64,000 nt of DNA from positions 64,001 to 128,000 of the forward strand of contig JBOEGD010000009.1 of NCBI GenBank assembly GCA_050633245.1. Direction: 5' to 3'. This document shows positions 22,031 to 31,812 of this stretch, piece by piece. The notes beneath the pieces are model-generated. The model was not told the DNA's origin. It saw only the letters and a program-made list of their open reading frames with translations, and did not search any database. The position numbers and the translations under genes were made by a program. Every line of letters begins with the position of its first letter. Positions within the stretch are counted from its first letter, which is position 1. The DNA comes from Calditrichia bacterium (GTDB lineage Bacteria; Calditrichota; Calditrichia; RBG-13-44-9; J075).

Positions 22031-22789
22031 ATGGAACGTTCACAGCAAACAGGAAGCAAGTGCCCCGAGAAGTTTATTAGTCAAATAGATACTTATCTGC
22101 GCGGCGATTTAGACGAGGCGGAGATTGATGAATTTGAGCAGACTTTTTTTGAAAATGATGATTGTTTAAAAGAGCTTCAGCTGAGGAAAGATCTTCGTGA
22201 CTTGGTCAAGCAGGATGGAAAGACGTTATTCCCCGAGTTCATGCCGTCCGATGGTGTTGGTGCCGTCGCTCTCGGCTCAGGAGCGCCTGTAAAAGCAGCA
22301 CCGGCTAAAGTTTACTGGCCCTTAAGCGTTGCAGCAACCGTTCTTTGTTTAGTCTTCTTTTTAGTTCCTGATACACATCAAAAGCCTCTGAAGCTAAGTG
22401 AAAAGGCGAATAGCTTTTCTGCCGCATTTCTGTCCTCACAGAAGGATCTGCGTTTTCGTGGATCATCCTATTTTGACATCGTTTCCTCGCAGGTATCACG
22501 AAATCAGACTATCGAACTGCTCGAACCGATAAAGAACTATGTCTACCGTGGCAAGCTTGCCTTTCGCTGGCGCTTGCTAAAATCCGGTTCCAATCCCCTA
22601 CCCGCTTTGCGTCTGGCCATCTTTACAAATAAAGACCAAGAAATTCTACGCGCGAACATCATCGGTGGAGAATTTGTTCTTCGCAATGAGCTTGAGCCGG
22701 GGCTTTACTACTGGTCGCTGGAGGATGAGGAAGATACCGTGGGCGTTGGACGTTTTCTGGTGCCGGCGGAGGATATGATTGAGGAATAG
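22031..22789 (+). CDS. Putative membrane anti-sigma factor
   Basis: Degenerate zf-HC2-like N-terminus (C...IDTYLRGDL...FEQ...C), one TM (LSVAATVL), periplasmic beta domain; follows the ECF gene. Confidence 0.65.
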   Translation: MERSQQTGSKCPEKFISQIDTYLRGDLDEAEIDEFEQTFFENDDCLKELQLRKDLRDLVKQDGKTLFPEFMPSDGVGAVALGSGAPVKAAPAKVYWPLSVAATVLCLVFFLVPDTHQKPLKLSEKANSFSAAFLSSQKDLRFRGSSYFDIVSSQVSRNQTIELLEPIKNYVYRGKLAFRWRLLKSGSNPLPALRLAIFTNKDQEILRANIIGGEFVLRNELEPGLYYWSLEDEEDTVGVGRFLVPAEDMIEE

Positions 22790-22962
22790 TGAGCGGTGAG
22801 CGGTGAGCGGAACCTTTGCAGATAGAAGGTTCTAAATGAGTATAAAAATTTCAAGCCGCAGATAGCTAACAAGAAGCAATTGCAGAGAAAGCTCACATCC
22901 AGGAAGCTGTCTTTTCTGACACATGGCAGCGAAGCGGTCTCACAGCGCAGCGGTCTGTCTTC

Positions 22963-24210
22963 TCACAGTACCAAATCCTCATCATCAGGTAAGTCGGAGA
23001 TCTTTATCGTTTCGACGCGTTCGATGACCTTGTATTCCAAAAGCTCTTTTTCTTTCCTTAACGCCCGGTTAATAATTCCCTTGCGAAAGTTCGCTAACAA
23101 CTCTTCCAATGAAGCATATTCAAGTGGCTTCAGAACCCACTTCTCATACTTTTTCCATAGGTCGACAAACATCGAAAAAGGTCTTTCTCCCTGTTGAATA
23201 ATCGTCACGAAGGGCACCATATAATTTGGAACGGTGGCCTGAAGTTCAAGCGGACTACTTTTAGGCTCGGAAATATCCGCAATAACAAAGCGCGAAAGCC
23301 CGGCCAATATCTTAATCGTTTCCGTAACATCTTTTTCAGTTGCTCTATCGAAATCAAAAACAATCGGTAGTAAATTGTAATTATTGCGCAGCTCTTCCCG
23401 GATCGAATCCAGAATAATTTTTCGTTCCGGTGTAAAACGTCCGAGAATTAAAACGCCTTTTTTACCAATGGTCGAGATAGCATTTGTTATATTGTTATTG
23501 TTCAACAGCATGTAAACAAACTGTGCAATTTCCAGATCGTCGACAGAAATAACATCATTCGCCGGCTCAATCAGCAGGTTCTTCTGAACAGTCCCTTCTT
23601 TATTGAGATTCCAGGCAGCAACACCAAAGACCCTGCTATTACTCAATGTCGCATTTTGCAGGTTCGAAGACGTAAAGACCGAATTACTTAGATTTGCATG
23701 AGACAGATCGGTACCGACCAACAGCGTCTCCTTAAAAGTAGAATCCGACAGATCGGCAGACTGTAGTTTGGCACCTGTTAAATCGCAATAATTAAAACTC
23801 GCCTCCATCATCCGGGAATTTCGCCCACCAATCGGCTGAAAGTCAACTCCCTTAAGACTGGCATCCTGAAACGAAACGCCTTTCATCCACGCACCGCGCA
23901 TGGAGGCATTATCTAATATCACGCCGCGCATATCGGCATAACCGATTATGAGGTCATCTAAACTGGCACCGCGCAGATCGATTACCTGCATTGACAGGGA
24001 ACTGATATAGCCCCCCTTGGTGAGCACACGTTCAGATTTCACTGTTTTTTGCAGTTCTTCTACCTGGCGTTTCTTTTTGTAAGCAGACCAGTCTTCCAAA
24101 GCCTGTTCCCGTTCCGGTGAGCGAATGGGAGAATGTGCAAGCTTTAGAAATTGCCGGAGATCTTCCCAATTGCCCTGAAAGTTTGGGTGGTCTTGTTTTA
24201 AGTTTTCCAA
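22963..24210 (-). CDS. Pentapeptide-repeat protein with C-terminal TIR/NDT-like alpha/beta domain
   Basis: A(D/N)LxG repeats, then VLILGRF...PIVFDF...SRFVIADISEPKSSPLEL. Confidence 0.75.
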   Translation of the reverse strand: MENLKQDHPNFQGNWEDLRQFLKLAHSPIRSPEREQALEDWSAYKKKRQVEELQKTVKSERVLTKGGYISSLSMQVIDLRGASLDDLIIGYADMRGVILDNASMRGAWMKGVSFQDASLKGVDFQPIGGRNSRMMEASFNYCDLTGAKLQSADLSDSTFKETLLVGTDLSHANLSNSVFTSSNLQNATLSNSRVFGVAAWNLNKEGTVQKNLLIEPANDVISVDDLEIAQFVYMLLNNNNITNAISTIGKKGVLILGRFTPERKIILDSIREELRNNYNLLPIVFDFDRATEKDVTETIKILAGLSRFVIADISEPKSSPLELQATVPNYMVPFVTIIQQGERPFSMFVDLWKKYEKWVLKPLEYASLEELLANFRKGIINRALRKEKELLEYKVIERVETIKISDLPDDEDLVL

Positions 24211-24628
24211 AAGAGTGCCTTCCTGTCTTTTACAGTATGCTATCAGATGTGATGGATATTTCTAATTATGAGGAGGGTCAGCCAAAATGCAAATTATTTC
24301 TCGAAGAGTTTCAAAAACCACAGCTTTATTCTCTGGATCACAAACAGGAAGTTGAGGCCTGAGCTCCCAAATCAATGAGGCGGCCATATGGAAAATGTGT
24401 AGTTATCTTTCTAATCGAGAATGGTGCGGGTTACGGATTAAAGTTTTAGGCATTTTTTTAAACGAAAAAAGTGGGCAAAATTTGTCTTTTTTTGGCACCT
24501 CGACTCAGCTCGGCGTAACACTAAAAGCTGATTCTCGCTCAACACCTAATAGCATTTTTGAACTAAAAGTCCAACTTCTCACGCCGGTCAGCGAGGTGGC
24601 CTGACGTCTACCCGTAAGTCTGCGGGTA

Positions 24629-26794
24629 TCATTTTAAACCGAGTTCTACCATTTTGAGATCACTCTCAGCATGATCGTTTAAGGAAAAATAAATCTCTGC
24701 TCCGTCCGGAGACAGGCTTAGTCCATCGTCCAGCTGGTGTTCGCTCAACATAGCATGGGAAAGCAACATAATCGATTTATCGGCAAAGCGATAGAACATT
24801 AATTGTGCCATTCGATTCTTCAACCGCTTGAAATAATAGATACCATCTTTAACAACGATCCAGTTCTGCGTCTCATAGATTTCCAAATCTGCAATGACTC
24901 GCACTTCTCTCGCCTCGCCGGTCTTTTCCCAGATTCCCGGGATACCGCGTTTAGAATAGAATAGCGTTTTTCCGTCTACCGATTCCATAGAGGCAAAGCT
25001 ATTGGCCTGAGTCACCTGAACAGCAGTGCCGCCCGAGGCTGGCACCTTCCAGATACGCCAATCGCCGCTACGCGTCGAGGAGAAATATATCCAACGGCCG
25101 TCGCGAGAGTGCATCGGTGCAGCAGCATCGGATTCCAGTAACTCGATGTGCGCCTCGCCCGGTACAAACCGATAGGTGGCATATGCCTCGCCCGGTTTCA
25201 CAGCAAACACCATGCTGCGACCATCAGGTGCCCAGGAGGGCATGCAATTGTAGGGAACCGAACCCTCGCTAATTCGCATCAGCCCAGTGCCGTCGATATT
25301 GCAAAGCCACAACTCATTGCTGCCAGAACGATCCGAAACAAAGGCAATATATTGCTGATCTGGCGATACCTTGCCATTCCATTCTGCACCTGAGGAAATA
25401 ACAATCGGCTTGATGTTTTCCAGCATCCCGGCATCCTGATTGATAGACGCCTTGTAAATATTTTTCCGCATTATCCTCTGTTCATAGGAAAGCAGTTGAC
25501 CGGACGGCGAAATCACTGGGAAAGTGCCAATTGGGTTCAGGAAAGCAAGGTCCAACAGCCGAGATTTCCCATTCAGGTCGACCGATTTAAGCCGGTACAC
25601 TCCATTGTCGTATATACAATAAATAATTTCGTTGGTCAATGGCGACCAGCCCAGTCCAAAAATGATTTCATTTTCGTGCGTCAGCCGTCGCACTTCCCAA
25701 TCTGATGTCGACATGATATAGACGTCGTCATTATATCGCGAATCCAGCCGCGCAAAAATCAGCAGCTTGCCGTCCGGGGAGAAAACCGGATAGCGGTCGG
25801 CATAAATATTCGCCGCCGGGGTGGTCAATTGTTGCTTTCTAGCCGGCAGCGGGGAAAAAAGATATAGCGCAAATGGCGCATTGCTGGAGGTTTGCATGGC
25901 GTAGGCGAGAGTCTTACCATCCGGTGCCCATTCAAGGCCAACGATGCTCTTGCCTGCTTCCATCAGCAGTTCAGTGCGCACCCTATCCATCAAAGAAAGC
26001 GAAATGATGCGGCTGCCGGCATCGGAAGACTCTATATATGTGACTGCCTTGCCATCAGGTGTAAAGCAAGCCGTTCGCTCCATATATGGAGTGTCTGTTA
26101 GTTGGGTTTCCGCGGCACCATCGATGTCTTTTAGAAAGAGATCCCATTGCCGGGTTTCCGGACTCTTGTGAGCGTATAATAACTTTTGATTGTTTGGTGA
26201 AAATGCAAGCCCGTGTTCAAGCCCCAGGGATGCAGTAAGGGGAATTTCATTGCCGGAAGCCTGCAGTCTGGGTGGAGCCTGAAAGGTTTCATTGAAAAAA
26301 ACACCAACACCCACCACCGCGCAGAAAGAAATAGCGGCCCAAAATCTTAAGGGCATGCGCTTTGGGACCATAGGTTGCGTATTCTCCCGTTGTGGTTGGT
26401 CTTTTTTCTGCGGTCCCTGAGGATCCGATAAACTGCCTGGGTTCCCACGCGCAGGTTCCTCAGACCAAACAGGGCAAATCAGCCGATAGCCTTTCTTGGG
26501 AATTGTTTCAATTACCCTTGCATTACGTGCATCATCCTCAAATATGCGCCGCAGGCGGTAAATAGAGCGATTTATAGGATGATCGGTAACTGTAACATCC
26601 GCCCACACCCATTGGGCAAGTTGATCCCTGGAGATGATCTCCCCCTGTCGCTCAATCAGGTAGAGCAGCACTTGCATTACCTTCGGCTCCAGCTTGATTT
26701 TTGTCGATTCCCGGCTGAGACTATCACTCTTGCCGTCCACCAACCATCCCGCAACATAATAAGTATGCACACGATCTACGGGTGTTTGTTTCAT
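24629..26794 (-). CDS. CadC/ToxR-like winged-helix membrane regulator with TolB-like (PD40) beta-propeller
   Basis: LEPKVMQVLLYL...SRDQL...IETIPKKGYRL wHTH, one TM, repeated FSPDG/WAPDG blades. Confidence 0.88.
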   Translation of the reverse strand: MKQTPVDRVHTYYVAGWLVDGKSDSLSRESTKIKLEPKVMQVLLYLIERQGEIISRDQLAQWVWADVTVTDHPINRSIYRLRRIFEDDARNARVIETIPKKGYRLICPVWSEEPARGNPGSLSDPQGPQKKDQPQRENTQPMVPKRMPLRFWAAISFCAVVGVGVFFNETFQAPPRLQASGNEIPLTASLGLEHGLAFSPNNQKLLYAHKSPETRQWDLFLKDIDGAAETQLTDTPYMERTACFTPDGKAVTYIESSDAGSRIISLSLMDRVRTELLMEAGKSIVGLEWAPDGKTLAYAMQTSSNAPFALYLFSPLPARKQQLTTPAANIYADRYPVFSPDGKLLIFARLDSRYNDDVYIMSTSDWEVRRLTHENEIIFGLGWSPLTNEIIYCIYDNGVYRLKSVDLNGKSRLLDLAFLNPIGTFPVISPSGQLLSYEQRIMRKNIYKASINQDAGMLENIKPIVISSGAEWNGKVSPDQQYIAFVSDRSGSNELWLCNIDGTGLMRISEGSVPYNCMPSWAPDGRSMVFAVKPGEAYATYRFVPGEAHIELLESDAAAPMHSRDGRWIYFSSTRSGDWRIWKVPASGGTAVQVTQANSFASMESVDGKTLFYSKRGIPGIWEKTGEAREVRVIADLEIYETQNWIVVKDGIYYFKRLKNRMAQLMFYRFADKSIMLLSHAMLSEHQLDDGLSLSPDGAEIYFSLNDHAESDLKMVELGLK

Positions 26795-26950
26795 ACGCTT
26801 CCGCCTGCACAGTATGGGAAATCCTGTTCTATTATATCAAGATTACTAATCACTCGCGGAAAGATCAATCCCCCAATTATGGCATTTATCGTCTTTCAGC
26901 TGTCCGGTGAACTACAGAATATGCCTGAAAAGGCACTTCATCAAAAAAAA

Positions 26951-26978
26951 CACAAGGATTCCACAGGTTTCCCACAGG
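26951..26978 (+). promoter_or_regulatory. Direct repeats (C)CACAGG at 10-11 bp spacing; probable wHTH operator
   Basis: cacaagg-att-ccacagg-tttc-ccacagg, between the divergent CadC-like gene and the secreted-protein gene. Confidence 0.45.
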
Positions 26979-27036
26979 CAATTCCGCCGGCCCTCATTTA
27001 CCTTATTTGCCATAACAAACGAATAACGTTGTTTTA

Positions 27037-28200
27037 ATGATTCCGGAGGATTATATGAATCGTATGTTTACAATTTTAGCAGTGCTTATATTTTGTGGGG
27101 CCCCGGCGTTACATTCGCAGACGGTGGAAACCGTTCTCCAGACAAATAATTTCATCACCGACTACCTGGTTGTCGGACCGGAAGGAAATGTGTATCACGC
27201 AGATCGTTCCCAGACAATTCACAAGATTACACCGGACGGCGTCGCCTCAGTATTCGCCAGCAGCAGCAGTTTCAACTTTGTTACCGGAATGGCATTCGAC
27301 TCAAACAACAATCTTTACGTCGCCAGTTCTAATAGCTCAACTATTTTTCGAGTGGCACCGGACGGCACGATCAGCAATTTTTATTCGGGGCTGAGCGATT
27401 TCGGATATGGTTTGGATATCGATAATCAGGATAATGTATATATCGCTTTGTGGTTCACCGGTACGGTGGCTAAAATCACCCCGGGAGGAACGTTGACCAC
27501 TTATGCTACCGGATTAGGTGAAGGTGCGGTAGACGTTGTCTTTGATGAAAACGGTGACATGTACAGCGCAAATTTTCTGAACGGTAACATTTTTCATACC
27601 GATTCCAATGGAAACACAACAATGATCGCCTCCATCGGCACAGTAGCCGGTTATTTGACGTATGCTGCGGGCAATCTTTACGCAAGTGGCTATCAATCGC
27701 ACTATATTTACCAAATATCTCCGACCGGGCTGATCACACAATTTTCCGGCACCGGGACGCCCGGCACAGATGACGGACCTATTGCAGCAGCACAATTCAA
27801 CGTGCCAAACGGCATTGCCGCCACTGCATCCGGGGACACCATTTACATTTCGCACGACAGCGGAGATCGCCGACTGCGCAGGATTGTCGGAGTAAACGTC
27901 AGTACGTCGTTGGAAGACCCTGCCAGTCCGGCTCCACAGGAATTCCAATTATTCGCAAACTATCCCAACCCCTTTAATCCTACGACACGTATCCAATACA
28001 GGATTCCAACCACCGCGGCAGTTCAATTGCAGGTTTATGATGTATCGGGGAGAGAGGTCGCTACACTGATCGATGCGGTTCAGGCAGCTGGAACGCACGA
28101 AGTGGACTTCTCCGGTGAGGAACTGGTTTCCGGTATCTATCTGTATCGCTTAACCACCGGCGAGTTTTCAGCAATGCGGCGCATGGTTCTGGTCAAATAA
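27037..28200 (+). CDS. Secreted NHL/SMP-30-type beta-propeller with C-terminal T9SS-like sorting domain
   Basis: Signal peptide, FDSNNNLYV/FDENGDMY blades, AQFNVPNGIA; ends NYPNPFNP...SGIYLYRL...MVLVK. Confidence 0.85.
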   Translation: MIPEDYMNRMFTILAVLIFCGAPALHSQTVETVLQTNNFITDYLVVGPEGNVYHADRSQTIHKITPDGVASVFASSSSFNFVTGMAFDSNNNLYVASSNSSTIFRVAPDGTISNFYSGLSDFGYGLDIDNQDNVYIALWFTGTVAKITPGGTLTTYATGLGEGAVDVVFDENGDMYSANFLNGNIFHTDSNGNTTMIASIGTVAGYLTYAAGNLYASGYQSHYIYQISPTGLITQFSGTGTPGTDDGPIAAAQFNVPNGIAATASGDTIYISHDSGDRRLRRIVGVNVSTSLEDPASPAPQEFQLFANYPNPFNPTTRIQYRIPTTAAVQLQVYDVSGREVATLIDAVQAAGTHEVDFSGEELVSGIYLYRLTTGEFSAMRRMVLVK

Positions 28201-28215
28201 CGGTGCTGCTACGAT

Positions 28216-28256
28216 TGTTCCAGAAGCGGGATTCACCTCACTTCCTGTGCTGAACC
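28216..28256 (-). pseudogene. Highly decayed tRNA-Leu 3' fragment (possible older att site)
   Basis: tgttccagaagcgggattc matches tRNA tgtaccgggagcgggactc at 15/19. It is followed by cacttcctgt (shared with the insert in the 30873 fragment) and gaacc. Confidence 0.4.
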
Positions 28257-28270
28257 TCCCAGGATGCCCG

Positions 28271-28350
28271 ATCTTGCCTGAATAGATTCAAGCAAGATTT
28301 TTGTACAAGGCCAGAGCAGGCATATTAAAATGTCTGCTCTGGCCTTGTAC
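28271..28350. terminator. Two adjacent stem-loops
   Basis: atcttgcctgaat/attcaagcaagat, and a perfect 17-bp inverted repeat gtacaaggccagagcag/ctgctctggccttgtac (28303-28350). Confidence 0.5.
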
Positions 28351-28822
28351 CGGGAATGAGGTACACCAGGATGCATATACTTCACGAACAGATCCAGGTG
28401 ATCAACCTTTGCATTGCTCTGGGGTTAGTTTTTCTCGATTCACTTCTAGACACCCAAAAACCTGCATTCTCGCTTGGCTTAAATAGCCCCACCTCCCGCT
28501 TGATACTTTCCTCGGATATATTTATTATTATGGACTTCCCGGACTTAACGGGATTTTCTAGATACTGCTATATATAGTACTGAACAGGAGCCGGCGTAGA
28601 GTAGATTGTAATAGGTGATTGGCATAGTTTATTTCTCTTATTTGCTATTTCTTGCTTCAAAGTTAAAACCCCAAAATACAACCAACAATCCACTTTTAAG
28701 TTAGTTGGGAAAATCAGTTTTTAACTTTTGTTCAAAAGTTGGACAGTATTTCCAAAAAGAATAATTAAATGATAACAGAGTGAGGCCTAATTTTCGCTCT
28801 AACTGTTAAACAGGATTATAAT

Positions 28823-29362
28823 ATGGATGTTATTAAAGAATTGTACAGTAGAATTGAAAACGTAAATTTGTGGGACGGAAGTGTTTTATTAAAGAGAAAT
28901 GAATTTTTGAAAGATGCCGGAGCTATAGATAACAACCTATATTACATTTTATCTGGTAGCCTAAAAATGTCAATCATAAATAAGAATAAAGAAAACATTA
29001 TTCGTTTGGGGTATAAAAATAACTTTATGGCATCTTTAGATAGTTTTATTACTGGAAAACCATCTGATTTTTGTATACAGGCTATTAGAAAAACCAAATT
29101 AAAATTTATCTCAAAGGAAAGTCATTCAAAATTGATCAATCAAAATGCGGAGACACAACTTCTTTGGAGTAAAATTCTGGAACAATTGGTCTTACAACAG
29201 ATAGAAAGGGAAAAAGACATATTTATTACTTCTCCAAAAGAGCGGTTTAAAAAAGTACTCGAAAGGAGTCCAAATCTATTTCAGGAAGTTCCCGCTAAAT
29301 ACATCGCCTCTTACTTGAGAATGACCCCTGAGACACTTTCAAGACTAAGAAGTCTTGATTAG
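28823..29362 (+). CDS. Crp/Fnr family transcriptional regulator (Bacteroidota type)
   Basis: cNMP-binding fold and C-terminal IASYLRMTPETLSR HTH; AT-rich. Confidence 0.88.
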   Translation: MDVIKELYSRIENVNLWDGSVLLKRNEFLKDAGAIDNNLYYILSGSLKMSIINKNKENIIRLGYKNNFMASLDSFITGKPSDFCIQAIRKTKLKFISKESHSKLINQNAETQLLWSKILEQLVLQQIEREKDIFITSPKERFKKVLERSPNLFQEVPAKYIASYLRMTPETLSRLRSLD

Positions 29363-29368
29363 GATCAA
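29355..29368. promoter_or_regulatory. Perfect Fnr/Crp-type box
   Basis: TTGAT-tagg-ATCAA overlapping the Crp gene stop, upstream of the monooxygenase. Confidence 0.55.
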
Positions 29369-29538
29369 TAAATAGCCCCCTCACCAGAAAGTTCTTAAGC
29401 ATCGAAGAACAAACTCTTATATTTGAACCTCAGAAAATATTTCAATTAATAAAGCCCTTCGGAGATCCAAGTGTTTGTTTGAGAATCCTTACAGGTAGTT
29501 GTTTGTAGTTTTGAACATTCCTCTCCCAAATAATACTG

Positions 29539-30624
29539 GTGATAAAAATGAACAAAGAAATATTAATTGTTGGAGCCGGTCCCTCAGGCCTTTCTATGGC
29601 AATTTTTCTAAATGAACTAGGGTATAGACCTAGGATTATAGACAAAAAGAGTAAAATCAGCGAATATTCAAAGGCGTTGGGTGTTAATCCAAGAACACTT
29701 GAAATCTTTGAATCCTTCGGTATTACAGAAGCCTTTTTGAGTAATGGGAGACAAATGAATGCAATAAATATATGGCGTGAAGATAAACATGTTTTGAGAA
29801 ACGACTTTCGAAAGGCGAAGCACAAATACCCATTTATGCTTATTCAACCCCAAAAAGAATCAGAAGAAATCTTATTGAATGAGCTTAATAAGAGAAATAT
29901 AAAATTAGAATATGACACCGATTTTACTTCGGTAAAAGTTGATAAAAATCAACACAAAGCTTTAATTCAGAAAAGTTCTCAGCACCATGAAATTCCGTAT
30001 GACTATTTGATAGGCGCAGATGGTGGGCAAAGCAAGGTTAGAGAATTATCAGGCCTTAAATATGAAGGGCTCCGATATGATGAAGAATGGGAATTATATG
30101 ATATTGAATTAGAAATGGAACTAGATCAGGATGAGGGACATATCCGATTATTTCCTGAAGGTGGTGTGTTAATGATTAGGCTAAAAGGTAATGTATGGAG
30201 AGTGGCTGGCAGGATGAATTCAATTCTAAATTATTTGCCTAAAAATACAAAGTTAGGGACGATAACGTGGGAATCTAAATTTAGAATTCATCATAAAATA
30301 GCTACGAAATTAATTTCTGAAAATACTGGAATAATAGGCGATGCTGCTCATTTGCACTCGCCTGTTGGAGCAAGGGGAATGAATTTGGGAATTGAGGATG
30401 CTTATATTCTGTCAAACTTAATTAAAGATGGCAATTTTAGCATGTTCGATGAGGTGCGAAGACCCTATCTTGTCAACACCGTTAATAGGATAAATAATTT
30501 AACAATGGGATTAGCGGGCACTTCCAAAATGTCAAAAATTATGCGTAGTAATATTGGAGTTTTAAAGTTTTTTGCTCCTTTGATTATGCCAAAAGCAAGG
30601 AAGTTTATTTTGGGAATAAACTAG
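29539..30624 (+). CDS. FAD-dependent monooxygenase (PheA/TfdB/UbiH-like)
   Basis: IVGAGPSG, GADG and GDAAHLHSPVGARGMNLGIEDA motifs. Confidence 0.9.
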   Translation: MIKMNKEILIVGAGPSGLSMAIFLNELGYRPRIIDKKSKISEYSKALGVNPRTLEIFESFGITEAFLSNGRQMNAINIWREDKHVLRNDFRKAKHKYPFMLIQPQKESEEILLNELNKRNIKLEYDTDFTSVKVDKNQHKALIQKSSQHHEIPYDYLIGADGGQSKVRELSGLKYEGLRYDEEWELYDIELEMELDQDEGHIRLFPEGGVLMIRLKGNVWRVAGRMNSILNYLPKNTKLGTITWESKFRIHHKIATKLISENTGIIGDAAHLHSPVGARGMNLGIEDAYILSNLIKDGNFSMFDEVRRPYLVNTVNRINNLTMGLAGTSKMSKIMRSNIGVLKFFAPLIMPKARKFILGIN

Positions 30625-30872
30625 TGCAAACTGTGCCAATCGGTAGATGAAAAGTGTTGCGCGTTTTTAGCCTCTGGAAAGGTAAAAAGGGTTATAAAGC
30701 ACTCTTACAGCTTTTCAGTTCGCAATTGTACGATAGCAGATGAGGGATGATATGTCAAAAAAAAATTACCTCTGACGGTCAAATTATAGCACAAACAGAG
30801 TATTTTAGAAGAAGAAAGAGAAGGTTTTTAAAGCACAAAGAATACTGCCAAGTACCTGTTTTTTCCTGACTA

Positions 30873-31000
30873 TACCGGGAGCAAAACTCACTCGGCACTT
30901 CCTGTACCTCGCCCTACGGGCTGCCCATTCGAGTAGTGCAAATGTGCAATCCTGCACCTTTGTCAAACCCGCACTTGCTTGCCCATACTGGATTTTGAAT
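30873..31000 (-). pseudogene. Displaced 3' half of tRNA-Leu (att repeat) interrupted in the T-loop by a ~75-bp palindromic insert
   Basis: taccgggagcaaaactc [insert 30890-30964] aaacccgcacttgcttgcccatactggattttgaat is a degenerate direct repeat of 48777-48829. Confidence 0.75.
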
Positions 31001-31059
31001 ACTATTTTTTAAATGTGGATTCGCTTTATCTTACTCAGCGCCTGACCCGGCAGAAACAT

Positions 31060-31360
31060 CTATAAAATTGTGCCAATGGAATACTGATAGTCGTGCCTGA
31101 TTACGTCTGGGAGGTCTTTGCGGTTATGAGTATATGAGGTATTCTTCCATAGCTTCGTAAAGCTGTTTGGAGTTCTTTTGGAAGCTAAGGAGACCAGTAG
31201 GATCGAGGGCACCGCGCTGGATGAGGAATTCGATGTCGGTCTTAAGTTTATGGGCGCTGCGCTTATCTTCAACCCGAAGCGAGCGGCGATAGCGCTTGCC
31301 CTCGATGTAGAAGGTAATCTTCCAGTACTTCTCACCTTTGGGTTTGTCTATGCTGCTCAT
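31060..31360 (-). pseudogene. Tyrosine integrase N-terminal (arm-binding) remnant
   Basis: MSSIDK...YWKITFYIEGKRYRRSL...A pattern of phage integrase N-termini; ends after 78 aa with no catalytic domain; abuts the att fragment. Confidence 0.6.
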
Positions 31361-31404
31361 TGGGGTGCCTGAATTTTAGTTACATGACAAACATCTTCTA
31401 ATGA

Positions 31405-31812
31405 TTATCGGTTTAGTTTCAGATCTAGTTGACCAGGCTCTTTATGTAAGTAAGCAAAAGATTGTGGAGGCTTAATTCCATATTCTTGTTCAATAGACAA
31501 TTGATCAGGATACTTTTTTGTCTTTTTAATCTTTATAGCATACCCAGCTTCTTTACCATCAAAGTAGCTCATGTAGTACTCTTTGCTAATCCCAGCATGT
31601 TCTTCTGTTGTTTGCCATAACTCATCAATATCAGAGTGAATTACATGATCAATTTCAAACTCACCTATAACTTTACTTATTGGAGCAGAAGCATACACTA
31701 CAACCTTATTCACGGATGGATTCTTAAAAAGAGATCTTCTAAATTCATACTTTTTTGAGCCATTGAAAATCTTCGTTGCAAATTCAGGTTTAATCGATAA
31801 AATAACTTTCAT
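31405..31812 (-). CDS. ASCH (PUA-like) domain protein
   Basis: ILSIKPEFA...IFNGSKKYEFRR, VYASAP...IGEF and PPQSFAY motifs; overlaps the upstream gene. Confidence 0.88.
   Translation of the reverse strand: MKVILSIKPEFATKIFNGSKKYEFRRSLFKNPSVNKVVVYASAPISKVIGEFEIDHVIHSDIDELWQTTEEHAGISKEYYMSYFDGKEAGYAIKIKKTKKYPDQLSIEQEYGIKPPQSFAYLHKEPGQLDLKLNR

Noticed and set aside
24390-24540. Possible recombinase tail or att site upstream of the pentapeptide gene
   Set aside because: Only a vague resemblance, with no matching repeat found in the window.
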